A stretch of DNA of 64,000 nt from assembly GCA_965235115.1 (NCBI GenBank), contig OZ249440.1, positions 32,056,001 through 32,120,000 on the forward strand, read 5' to 3'. The DNA is from Laetmonice hystrix. Its lineage: Eukaryota. A program made the position numbers and the translations under genes. Positions 13,206 through 24,086 of this stretch are shown here, in pieces. The notes under the pieces are model-generated. The model was not told where the DNA came from and searched no databases. It saw only the letters and a program-made list of their open reading frames with translations. Positions within the stretch are counted from its first letter, which is position 1, and each line of letters starts with the position of its first letter.

Positions 13206-13510
13206 CACTTTTGACCCCCCCTCCCCCCCCCATGTCATGCTTCGTCATGCTGTGCCAGACCCCCCCTAAAAAATGATGTCATGTGTCCAGTAACCCCCCC
13301 CCCTCCCTTGAAGTACAGCAGATTATTTTAATTATTTTTACTTTTAAAATAGAGACTTCAATACCAAGTGGCCTGAGAGCCACTAACCAAGAGTGCCTAA
13401 ACTAAAAAATTAAGACATGACGTCATACATGAGCTGACCACCCCTCCCCCTTGTCATAAAATCCCAACCCCCCTCCCCCCTAGGCCATGACGTCATTTAT
13501 GGACGGCCCC
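13020..13510. mobile_element. MITE, possibly PIF/Harbinger-like
   Basis: 23-bp TIR GGGGCTGTGCATAAATGACGTCA / TGACGTCATTTATGGACGGCCCC (2 mismatches); TAT on both flanks. Confidence 0.65.
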
Positions 13511-13794
13511 TATCTCATAAAATATGATAAGTATCTCAATAAATCAATAGGTAATGGAACAAATGCTCTGATTGTCCAAGTAATACCACGTTTGAGGAAT
13601 AGTCAAGAAACTTTGAGGTAAAAATATATTTTATTACCTTTTTGCATTAAAATTATGTTTTGTAATGCTTTCATTTCATTCTACATCTATTGTATTATTG
13701 TATAAAAATTGGACAAATTTACCGGATCTTCTTAATAATCTTATAATATTCATTTATAGAATTCACTCAGGGTATTATTCACAATATTCATTGT

Positions 13795-14377
13795 ATTATA
13801 GAATTCTGCCTTGTGCATCCCAGTGCATCAATATGCTATGGATGGGAAAGATTTCTTACTCCTAATGTTACTCAAAGTGTTTTCCATACGACCCATCATT
13901 TACCTCATCTTCTGTTGTTTGTAGCTGACATTTTTTTCATCTTATTCTAAGTACTCAATTATAGAATTCATTCAAAACATTAATCTTGTCCATAGTATTT
14001 ACAATGTTCAAAGTATTATAGTATTCATCTTACACCAAAATTTTAAATTTAATTCCATGTTCATCCTCTTTAGGTACTGCATGTGCATCCCTCTGCATCA
14101 ATATGCTATGAATGGAAAAGATTTCTTACACCTAACATTACTCAAAGTGTTTTCCATACAAGCCACCATTTCTACATGAAACATTTTCAATTTTTGTAGG
14201 TGAAATTTTTTCAATCTTATTCTCAGTATTCACCTATAGAATTCATTAAAACCATTAATCTTGTCCATAGTATTTACAATGTTCAAAGTATTATAGTATT
14301 CATCTGACACCCAAATTTTAAATTTAATTCCATGTTCATCTTCTTTAGGTACTGCATGTGCATCCCTCTGCATCAAT
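13795..14377. repeat. AT-rich ~275-bp tandem repeat, about 2.1 copies
   Basis: TGTGCATCCC(A/T)(G/C)TGCATCAATA at ~13812, 14082, 14357; TTAATCTTGTCCATAGTATTTACAATGTTCAAAG duplicated. Confidence 0.85.
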
Positions 14378-16580
14378 AGGTACTTTCAAATTGGCAGGGG
14401 ATTTTTCGATTTGACCCATATTAACTGACTCACGTGACCTCAAGTTCGAGAATATAAGGTCAGAGTGCAATCAAGTGCTATAACTCAGTAACAAAGGAAG
14501 AAAGAGCTAAAGTTACTATAGAACTTGAATAGGAAATCATATATGCTCTTCCGTTTGGCGTTATTATTTTTTTTGGTCACGTGACCCATGACGCCACAGT
14601 GAGGTCATCGATATATTCAGAGGGTCATAACTCAGAAACGAAGGGAGATAGAGCCAAAGTTACCATAGAACTTGAATAGGAAATCATATATGCTCTTGCG
14701 TTTGGCACCATTGCTTCTTCGGTCACGTGACCCATGACGTCATAGTGACGTCATCGATATTTTCAGAGGCATGTAACTCAGAAACTATAGAAGATAGAGC
14801 CTAAGTTACTATAGAACACGAATAGGAAGTCATATATGCCCTTTCATTTGGCACCATTTTTTTCTCGGTCACGTGACCCATGACGTCACGGTAACGATAA
14901 GTGCAATATCTCGAAAAATATTCAAGATAGAGACACGGGGTTTGAAGTAGAGTCCCTTTCAGAGGCCTGGCTTCAATTTTGAAATTTTGGCCGCCATCTT
15001 GGATTTCTTCAAATTGCAATATCTCGACAAATATTCAAGATAGAGGCACGGGGTTTGAACTGAGTCCTTTGACCTTTAACCTTCATAGATATAGGTCAAA
15101 GGTCATAAAACGTTTAAATCCCTACTCCTCCCTCAGTTTTGCGAGAAATTCGATCAAATTTGGTACAGAGCACCGTAGTAGTGAGGTACTTTCAAATTGG
15201 CAGGGGATTTTTCGATTTGACCCATATTAACTGACTCACGTGACCTCAAGTTCGAGAATATAAGGTCAGAGTGCAATCAAGTGCTATAACTCAGTAACAA
15301 AGGAAGAAAGAGCTAAAGTTACTATAGAACTTGAATAGGAAATCATATATGCTCTTCCGTTTGGCGCCATTATTTTTTTTGGTCACGTGACCCATGACGC
15401 CACAGTGAGGTCATCGATATATTCAGAGGGTCATAACTCAGAAACGAAGGAAGATAGAGTCAAATTTACTATAGAACTTGAATAGGAAATCATATATGCT
15501 CTTCCGTTTGGCACCATTATTTTTTGGGTCACGTGACCCATGACCTCGTAGTGACGTCATCGATATATTCAGAGGGTCATAACTCAGAAACGAAGGGAGA
15601 TAGAGCCAAAGTTACCATAGAACTTGAATAGGAAATCATATATGCTCTTGCGTTTGGCACCATTGCTTCTTCGGTCACGTGACCCATGACGTCATAGTGA
15701 CGTCATCGATATTTTCAGAGGCATGTAACTCAGAAACTATAGAAGATAGAGCCTAAGTTACTATAGAACACGAATAGGAAGTCATATATGCCCTTTCATT
15801 TGGCACCATTTTTTTCTCGGTCACGTGACCCATGACGTCACGGTAACGATAAGTGCAATATCTCGAAAAATATTCAAGATAGAGACACGGGGTTTGAAGT
15901 AGAGTCCCTTTCAGAGGCCTGGCTTCAATTTTGAAATTTTGGCCGCCATCTGGGATTTCTTCAAATTGCAATATCTCGACAAATATTCAAGATAGAGGCA
16001 CGGGGTTTGAACTGAGTCCGTTCCAGAGGCCTGGCTTTAATTTGAAAATTTTGGCCGCCATCTTGGATTCATTCAAACTGCAACATCTCGACAAATATTC
16101 AAGATAGAGACACGGAATTTGAACTAGAGTCAAAAAAAAGAAATCACTTAAATCTTTTCAACTCCGTCAAATATAAAAGAAATTCTATGAAACTGACCAC
16201 GTGACCTCAAAGTTGACGAAAACTGGTCCTCGTTATCGATATTTTTAAAGGGGAAATAATATATTTATTTTTTAAATTCGTGCTTCCTCCCAGGATCTCC
16301 ATAATAAAGTCGGACCCAATGTCCGTCGGTCCATTGCCGAGATACAGGACCACTTGAATAGGAAATCATAGGCTCTATGCTCTTCCGGCTGAGGCTATAA
16401 CTCAGAAACAATGGAAGATAGAGCCCAAGTTACTACATGAATAGAAAGTCATGTGAGCTTACATTTGTCACCATTTTTTTCGGTCACGTGACCCCTGACG
16501 GGAAATCATAGGCTCTGTATGCTCTTCCGCCTGGCAGCATTTTTTTTCGGTCACGTGACCCCTGACGTCACGGTAACGTT
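14378..16580 (+). repeat. Composite satellite block (~146-bp and ~113-bp monomers) with a direct duplication; likely Helentron-associated
   Basis: 14378-15067 duplicates 15184-16019, the second with one extra ~146-bp monomer. 146-mers carry GGTCACGTGACC and TGACGTCA; 113-mers carry GGCCGCCATCTTGG. Confidence 0.9.
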
Positions 16581-16744
16581 CTCAATGATTTGGGCACCTT
16601 TTTTTGATGATCATTATTACCTCACAATGACGTCTGTAATATTTTTAAAGGGTTATATCTAAGAAGATACATTGAAATTTGAAATGTAGAGTTTTAATAA
16701 TTTAACTTAAAAAACAAATTAAACACATACTATTCACATTAACA

Positions 16745-18402
16745 CATATTTTATTTCAAGCTGCATAAAACAGATAATTCCTGCATGATGAATATCCATG
16801 TGTGAGGGCCCCTGTATCATGTATAGTCTATAGTGTTGGTATTGTGCTGTATAAGTTCCAGATTTTTTTCCAACACTTTATATTCCTCAAATTGGATGGT
16901 TTCCTGGCAGGCCTGAGGCACTAAAGTTGCACGGTCAGCTGCTCCATATTCGTTGAAGAAACAAAGCTAATAACTGGACGAAATACATCTTGGTATGGAC
17001 TTTGCTCATCCGTGTTTCATGTTTATCAGCTTTTGTGGCAACAGGTGTACTTGAGGGATTGGCTGCAAATTCGTGTAGTTTTTCTTCCGAGCTACAAATA
17101 AAAGAAAGTTACGACATAAGAGAACTAGATCTTTATTAAATTCACAAGGCACAATCTTGAGAGTGATTAATTAGGTAAAGGTTAAAGAATTCAGCAATGT
17201 TATGTAACAATTTAACACTAGCTAGTTATGAAATTACTTACCCAATAAATGATAGGATACATATTGGTCATCTGACTGTAACAATCATTGAATGTGCTGG
17301 GAGGAAGTGCCCAGGATAGAACTGAAGGAGGCTGGTCCGAACCGGCACTACGTCAGACACACCTGAGCCACCCTGAACCCCTGAGGATATCAGGACGATG
17401 TGTTGTGGCAGTGAACCTTCAGTTTATCCATCTTCTGAATCACCTGCATGAAGTTACATTATTTAAATAATTGTAGTTTGAGTTATTACTTCAAACACAT
17501 TTCAAATACATAATCCTTGCAATACAAATCTAAGTCTCAATTCAAATAGGACATTAAAAGTTATTTCAAATGATATAGATGTAATAATTTCATACTTTAC
17601 ACATCCCACTTCTCATTAACATAATGCGACTAGACAGATATTACAGTTGGGAATAAAAGTATATACTCACCCACAAATATTGCCTGCTTCGGTCTCAGGT
17701 TGAAACCAAAGTTGACTGGGGCCCGTCAGCATATGTAGACGGTGCTGTCGCCATGTGTATCATGGCAAACAGCTTGTAATCATGCCCCCTTGTAATTGTC
17801 GGGGGTTTCTCAATAAACCTCAATAAAATCTCCGGCATCACAATTCTCTTATCATGAGTGGGAGTTTTCCACATTGTATATCCTATATGCAGCATTTATG
17901 TTTCCACTGATAAACGTTGTTCTTTGTAAAAAAAAATACCGAGATAAACCTTCGATGTTAATACATAAATACTGTTACATACTATTGAGATATTTGAGGG
18001 TTACGGTACACCAGTATATAAATCACAGTTAAAATGTGGATACACATTACACAATAACATACATGTTATTGTCACTACATTTGTGATCAGGCAAGCAACA
18101 AATTCCTGATGGTTCCCGGTTCTCATCTGTGAGAAATGAACCCCACCAGCTGCTGCTCACTAAATTGGGGAAACTGTGAGCAGCTGCAGAGGTATCTCAC
18201 GAGGACCAAGAACTGTGAGCACACGAAAAGGGCCTCCTGTAAGATGGAGGCACCAAAAAAAACCTGGGGAGGGGATAACACCTCTACCCAGGTCACTGCT
18301 CACGTGACCAGGAATATGCTGCTCGTGATCACTCAATTAAGTTGGTCGATGACATTCATTGAAACCTGCAGTAAAAATTGCTCACAAAGTCTGCTTATAT
18401 AG
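16745..18402 (-). pseudogene. Candidate decayed spliced gene downstream of the Helentron ORF
   Basis: Minus-strand TATATAAG (18394-18401), donors GTGAGT (17665-17670) and GTAAGT (17236-17241), acceptors CATGCAG (17444-17450) and CTTTCTTTTATTTGTAG (17092-17108), AATAAA (16750-16755). No clean spliced ORF. Confidence 0.35.
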
Positions 18403-18602
18403 TCCAAATTACAGAATGCAATTTCAAAAAAGCACCGAAATATTATTCAAAGATATCACTTTATCAAAGAGGTCTTTAATATTATATTTGGGCATACACA
18501 GGATCATGTTAACTATAATGTGCTTGTAATACCCGAATTAATTGGCCTTGGGATAATTAAAATATTTACATTTATTTAACAATATCCATTAGGTTCATAA
18601 CA

Positions 18603-21600
18603 TTATATTTGTGCATACACAGGGTCATGATAACTGTAATGTGCTTGCAATACTCCAGAAGATTTTACATCCACGTTCTTCACGTAAACAGCATCCAAAA
18701 GTGTGTTTCCAAGAGTTGTACCTTCCTTTATTATCTGTGTGTAGCCATTAGAATTCATTAAGTTGAAGATTGCATATTGGCCTTTTAGAAGATCCTCATT
18801 AAAATCACCCATAATAATGAATGCAGCATCCTGCAGTTGATCTTCCGTTTTTACTATCAGGTCTTGGAGTGCATGGCAGAATAGGCCTGTTGCATATCTT
18901 GAAGGTCTATAAATGACACAAACTACTAATGGCCGTGGTAGCTGTTGAGTGTAAATCACAACAGAAATAAACTCTAGATTTTGTACAGAGACATCAAAAA
19001 ATCCATGGGGAACATCTTTCCTTATATACAAAGCAACTCCTCCTTTGTTTAAGGATGCCAATGACGGTATATCATAACTTTCTCTCCTACTTTTGCACAT
19101 TAGGAAAAAGTCTTCATGTTCGAGATGTGACACGTCATTTTCACGCGAAAGCCATGTTTCAGTCAGTAACAGAACATGTGAAGTGAACATTTGGAAATGT
19201 TTTCTTAAGCTTTCAAAATTTTGATTTAACCCTTCAACATTATGGTGAACAACAGTAAACATTTCATTTACACACTCAAGTGGATTATTTGTTTCCAGCT
19301 GTGGCATCAAGGCTAAGCCAGTTGAAATGCGATCATCTTTGTATATCTTTTTTTCATCAAAATCAAGGAGGTAGAGCCCCTGTATATTTGTCACTCTCGA
19401 AAATGCAACATACGCATGACCAGATGAAAACATTGATTTCATTGAGATCACTATTTTGTCCACTGTAAGACCTTGAACTTTATGGATAGTACACGCCCAA
19501 GAGAGCTTCAAAGGGAACTGTTTTCTTATTCCACCTTTTCTTTCCCTTTCTACAGGTTCTAACCGTTCTTCATATGGGGTTATTTTTACTGAACCATGTG
19601 GAATGTTTGGATTCTTTTGCCTTAAACCACGGCCAACTTTTTCATTATCGAATTTGATACAAACTGCTTCTGGTAAAAGTCTGCCATCTCGTGTAGGAAG
19701 TATCGCAGTTACTATTCCTAATGCACCATTAGTTATTCCATGTTCTGTGTCAACGTTCTTTGTAATCATGACTCTTGCTCCCACTGCTATTCTTAATTGA
19801 CCAGGTAGTCCATCACTTGTATCACTTTTGGATGCCCGTTTTTCCTGTAATCTGCCCGTTTTTCTATTTCGTATAACATCAACAGCTAATATTTCAGATA
19901 TGTCTGTGCATTTACTTGTCAACATTTTTTCATTGTGATGATCGACTTCTTTGTTTCTTGAATAAATAAACAGTGCGTCCTGTGGGCATTCTTCTGGTTT
20001 CCTAACTCTATTTTTCAATATCTCAGTATCAACCGTGCTTAGGCTTTCACTCTTACTTTTGATTCTCAAACGATTAAGCAGCGCAGCAAATTCAGCATCA
20101 TCTTTTTGTCTCATAATTTCTGTTAGTTCAACATGCTTGAAGTTGTCCATCCACAAATCACAATAATTTGGAACACAAATGGGAGATCCTGCTTTTACAG
20201 GTGGAAGCTGATAGAAATCTCCAGAAGCTAAAATACACAATCCACCAAACAAATCTTTATTGTGTTTCACCTGTCCGAGTCTTTTGTGAACGTATTCTAG
20301 CACCTGACTTCCCATCATGGAAATTTCATCGATAACAAGAATTTTCATTTCCAGCAAACTGGCATACATTGTGTTCAGAACATTTTCAGTCAGTGGTAGA
20401 TATGCTCCTTTTCGCGGTTTAATGATTTTCAATAGTGAGTGAATTGTAAACCCATCAACATTAAATGCTGCTATACCTGTAGTTGCTGAGAGAAAAACTG
20501 GTGGCAAGTCCTGATTGTTTTGATGCTGGAGAAAGATTTTCGTTGCTTCATAGTAAATACATTTTATCAGCAGTGATTTACCAACACCAGCAGCGCCACT
20601 GAGAAATATCTTAAAAGGTTCAGGTTTTAAGCCGTTAACTTTATCAAGACACCACTTTCGAACAGTGTAAAATGTTTTCTGTTGCATTTCATTCATATTC
20701 TTCAACAGGGGCTTTACAGTTCTGCTCACGCAACCATCATCACTGTGATCTACAGCAAATGATCCAGGTGTACTATCTGCAGGTTCGTCATTTAAATAAT
20801 CATGGTTATCAGTCAGTGGTTCATCATCATTTTCATCAAAAGATATTCTCTCTTCTTCGGCCTCCAGTCTACTGACTTCAGCCTGATTTGCAACATTAGC
20901 CCAGGCATCTTCCAAATTTTCAGCTTGCTCTAGTGTTTCCCATGCCTGATCAAGAATCTTTGCATCCTTTTCATATCTCATCTTGTTTTCCATGACAATA
21001 TCTTTGACAGTTCTTATTGGTTCTCCTTCAGACATTCCCACCGCTCCATTCTCATAAAATTCCTCGTATGTCACATATCCACCAGGTTTCAGTTGATACA
21101 GATGTCTCCAGGGTAGATAAACCTTCAGCTGACTTTGGTAATACTGTTCAGGTTTTGTGGTCTCTGGATGTCTAGGATAGCGAATGATAGCGAAGCTCTC
21201 AGGTTTTCTTTTCTGTATTGTTCCACAGTTGTCCTTTAATGCGATTTTATTATCAGCGTTTGTGTCTCCATATACGACCCGGTATTGTGACACAAAATCT
21301 GCTAAACACATCATGTCCCACTCTCTGCCATCTGGTCGAGCTTTATATCTGTCTACAATGCTTTTGCACCAAATGTCATCATCATTGCCATCTTCCTTCG
21401 CCTTTGCTTCAATCTTTTTCAATGGAAGACTCATTCGTGTGGCATTTTCATCAGTTGGTAAGAAAACACATGTTCGGGTACATTCTTTCAAGTGTAGATT
21501 ACACATGCGATGGGCTGCTTCTTGACAACTGACCTCTCGGTAATCAAGATACACGTTCCCGAGTTTTCGCATTTCAGATTTCAAATCAAGGTTACCGTCT

Positions 21601-24086
21601 CTGAGCTCTCGTTGTGCATTCTTAAGTACATCGGAAAGTTCATGTTCTGCTTTACTTACATAGGAAAGAATGTACATTACACAGCTGTATGCATCAGTGA
21701 TATATTGGATGTCCATATTGGCATTCCAGATGTCCAGTAGAGCAGGATTGTAATTGTTTGTCCAACAGTCTTTTACATCTCGCTTCATTACAACTGACAC
21801 TTTATTTGTGGCTATATCAAACGCTTCTTTATATGTGCTCCATGTAAGACCTGCCTTTTCCAGAACTTCATCGATACTGATACTCTCGTCCTCCAGGTTT
21901 TCATTCAAGATATCCCTGACTGCTGATAGTTGAGTTTGAGCACACTTCATTTCTGCCTTGGTCGGCAACATGCCAGTGTTTTCAACTACTGGTCGTGACA
22001 CAAATGTTCTTTTTGCAACTGGACGAGGGTAGTTAAACCTACATGGCCTATTTCCCTTTTTACAAGACTTTGTGTGATTCCTACTATGTTTCTGAAAGCG
22101 ACTCACTTGTTCATGAATTCTATCATTTTTGTCTGGAACGGTGCAAGAAATGTACCGATTGATAAAATCACACACAGCAACGTCATTCTCTCTACCAATG
22201 AGTGGAGCATCTTTTACCCAAAACAGACAGTGTATATGTGGGCTTCCTCTAGCTTGCCATTCGGTTCGGTAAAAATATTCGGTCACTTTTCCTATCGGAT
22301 TCGCAGGAGATTTTATTACGTCACGGATGAAACATTTGACTCTGTGATCAAACATACGAGCACAAGTGACTGGATTAGAAGCGAGAATGCTGCATTTCTC
22401 TTCCCATGTCAGTTTATCAACATCAACTGTTTCGCCACACTGTGCTTTAATGGCTGCAGTGATCTCTGGCCAATCATTATTACAACTGAACGAACAGAAA
22501 AATGTTGGGAGTCCAATCTGACGTAACATTGCAAATAAATCATGCAGGGTTTGTTTCCAGTACTCTGGAGAGCCTTTCGGAGTAGGAAAATCTCTGAATC
22601 CTGTATCTTCACCCGTTACATGATCTATACCTTGTCTCTCTGATAGTGTCTTAGCAGTAATCTTTTTCCCGTCTTTAGTCATTTTTCTGCCTTTCCTTAG
22701 CGATATGGCTATGTTACCTGAAATAAAATCCAACTCTGTAATGTAAAGGCCAAAGAAAATGTATTGTGGATCCCTTGCAAATCGAGAATCAACATTCATC
22801 AATCTTGCCTGAAAGTATTTGGATGGGGAGAGCTTAACTGGCCTTTCTTCTGTGATTGTATTTTTACCATTCGGAAAATGATTTGGAAATGCTAACGCTT
22901 CACATGCCTTTTCAGCAAATAGGTTTGTTGGTTTGTTTCCTTCACATGGAGCAATTGACAGAATACTATCTGGACAGAAAGGTAAGGCTTCCTGCACCAT
23001 ATCAACCGGCATAAGAAATGTGTCGAGTACTGGACCTCTTCTATTCTCATCGTTTTCACAGTTGTCCATTTGATCATCCTCAGTATTTCCTTGGTCATTA
23101 TCCTTGACATTAATGTCAATACACTCTGGCACATCAACATACTGTTCATTTGTGGTATTGCCCCTGTCTGTTTGATCGTCGGTAGCACTGTCATCGTTTT
23201 CGTTACCACACTTTTCAAGAAGATCAGTATCCATATTATTGGCGTCATGAATCTGGACATCTGCATAGTGTCTATTTCCAACTCTATCTTTCAGACATTT
23301 AAGAGCATCATGAATTTTATTTACATTGACTTGCCGATACTCGTAGTAGCCTTTATAGGAGAGTTTTCGTTTCATTTTGAGTTTAATGACACTGTCACAT
23401 CTTGGTAGTATTTGTAGTGTCTCATTTAAATTTGATGGAACCAAAATACAAGGCCCTTTCAACTTCTTCTGTCCACCCTTTGGTAATGTAATAAGCCTCA
23501 TAAAAGGAACCATTCGTGATACGAGATGTTTTTCGAGAATATTCAATGTTTCAATTTCATGAGGTACAGGCATTAGGTTCAGTTTGTTTGCATGAGCCTC
23601 ATGGGGCATCTTTCCCAAAGTTAAATATCTATCACATGTAATGCATATGTACAAATTTTGTCTGGACTTTCTATGGGTAGAACAATTTAATTCACAGGTT
23701 TTGTTGCAACGTTGTTGCAGGTTATTATCAATACACATTTCTGCCAGACGTTCTTTTGTTTTGGAGGTATTGTACTTTGTTTTGGTACATTTTTTAACTT
23801 GATTTTTAAACAAAAGGCGGTGGCAAACTGAACATACATACTCTGGGTATTCTTTAATTTCACATTGAAACTTCATCTTCACTTGTTCAATACTTTTTCT
23901 ACCCTTCTCTATCTCAGTTTTCCTCTGTCTTGCTCGAATCCTTCGTGATTGAATATTTCTAAGGTACTGTCTTTTCTTTCTAAGCTGTAATTGTTTGTAG
24001 CGTAATGGGTCTCCAGTGATGTTCCTGTAATACAGTCTAGCTTTACATTTCTTATTTTCATGATACTTTGTCTCTATCTCAGTCAT
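18603..24086 (-). CDS. Helentron (Helitron2-type) Rep-helicase-endonuclease protein, 1827 aa, probably N-terminally truncated
   Basis: Cys clusters CSVCHRLLF and CITCDRYL; Rep motifs FFCSFSCNNDWPEI, YRTEWQARGSPHIHCLFW (HUH), YILSYVSKAE; PIF1 motifs GAAGVGKS, IDEISM, GDFYQLPPV, LTEIMRQ, QFPLKLSWACTIHKVQGLT, YVAFSRV; APE motifs HNVEGL, LTETWL, GGVALYI, MGDFNED, LDAVY, YHDPV. Confidence 0.95.
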   Translation of the reverse strand: MTEIETKYHENKKCKARLYYRNITGDPLRYKQLQLRKKRQYLRNIQSRRIRARQRKTEIEKGRKSIEQVKMKFQCEIKEYPEYVCSVCHRLLFKNQVKKCTKTKYNTSKTKERLAEMCIDNNLQQRCNKTCELNCSTHRKSRQNLYICITCDRYLTLGKMPHEAHANKLNLMPVPHEIETLNILEKHLVSRMVPFMRLITLPKGGQKKLKGPCILVPSNLNETLQILPRCDSVIKLKMKRKLSYKGYYEYRQVNVNKIHDALKCLKDRVGNRHYADVQIHDANNMDTDLLEKCGNENDDSATDDQTDRGNTTNEQYVDVPECIDINVKDNDQGNTEDDQMDNCENDENRRGPVLDTFLMPVDMVQEALPFCPDSILSIAPCEGNKPTNLFAEKACEALAFPNHFPNGKNTITEERPVKLSPSKYFQARLMNVDSRFARDPQYIFFGLYITELDFISGNIAISLRKGRKMTKDGKKITAKTLSERQGIDHVTGEDTGFRDFPTPKGSPEYWKQTLHDLFAMLRQIGLPTFFCSFSCNNDWPEITAAIKAQCGETVDVDKLTWEEKCSILASNPVTCARMFDHRVKCFIRDVIKSPANPIGKVTEYFYRTEWQARGSPHIHCLFWVKDAPLIGRENDVAVCDFINRYISCTVPDKNDRIHEQVSRFQKHSRNHTKSCKKGNRPCRFNYPRPVAKRTFVSRPVVENTGMLPTKAEMKCAQTQLSAVRDILNENLEDESISIDEVLEKAGLTWSTYKEAFDIATNKVSVVMKRDVKDCWTNNYNPALLDIWNANMDIQYITDAYSCVMYILSYVSKAEHELSDVLKNAQRELRDGNLDLKSEMRKLGNVYLDYREVSCQEAAHRMCNLHLKECTRTCVFLPTDENATRMSLPLKKIEAKAKEDGNDDDIWCKSIVDRYKARPDGREWDMMCLADFVSQYRVVYGDTNADNKIALKDNCGTIQKRKPESFAIIRYPRHPETTKPEQYYQSQLKVYLPWRHLYQLKPGGYVTYEEFYENGAVGMSEGEPIRTVKDIVMENKMRYEKDAKILDQAWETLEQAENLEDAWANVANQAEVSRLEAEEERISFDENDDEPLTDNHDYLNDEPADSTPGSFAVDHSDDGCVSRTVKPLLKNMNEMQQKTFYTVRKWCLDKVNGLKPEPFKIFLSGAAGVGKSLLIKCIYYEATKIFLQHQNNQDLPPVFLSATTGIAAFNVDGFTIHSLLKIIKPRKGAYLPLTENVLNTMYASLLEMKILVIDEISMMGSQVLEYVHKRLGQVKHNKDLFGGLCILASGDFYQLPPVKAGSPICVPNYCDLWMDNFKHVELTEIMRQKDDAEFAALLNRLRIKSKSESLSTVDTEILKNRVRKPEECPQDALFIYSRNKEVDHHNEKMLTSKCTDISEILAVDVIRNRKTGRLQEKRASKSDTSDGLPGQLRIAVGARVMITKNVDTEHGITNGALGIVTAILPTRDGRLLPEAVCIKFDNEKVGRGLRQKNPNIPHGSVKITPYEERLEPVERERKGGIRKQFPLKLSWACTIHKVQGLTVDKIVISMKSMFSSGHAYVAFSRVTNIQGLYLLDFDEKKIYKDDRISTGLALMPQLETNNPLECVNEMFTVVHHNVEGLNQNFESLRKHFQMFTSHVLLLTETWLSRENDVSHLEHEDFFLMCKSRRESYDIPSLASLNKGGVALYIRKDVPHGFFDVSVQNLEFISVVIYTQQLPRPLVVCVIYRPSRYATGLFCHALQDLIVKTEDQLQDAAFIIMGDFNEDLLKGQYAIFNLMNSNGYTQIIKEGTTLGNTLLDAVYVKNVDVKSSGVLQAHYSYHDPVYAQI

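Noticed and set aside
19280..23562. Short ORFs overlapping the Helentron ORF
   Set aside because: Antisense or alternate-frame shadows of a long coding sequence, with no recognisable motifs.
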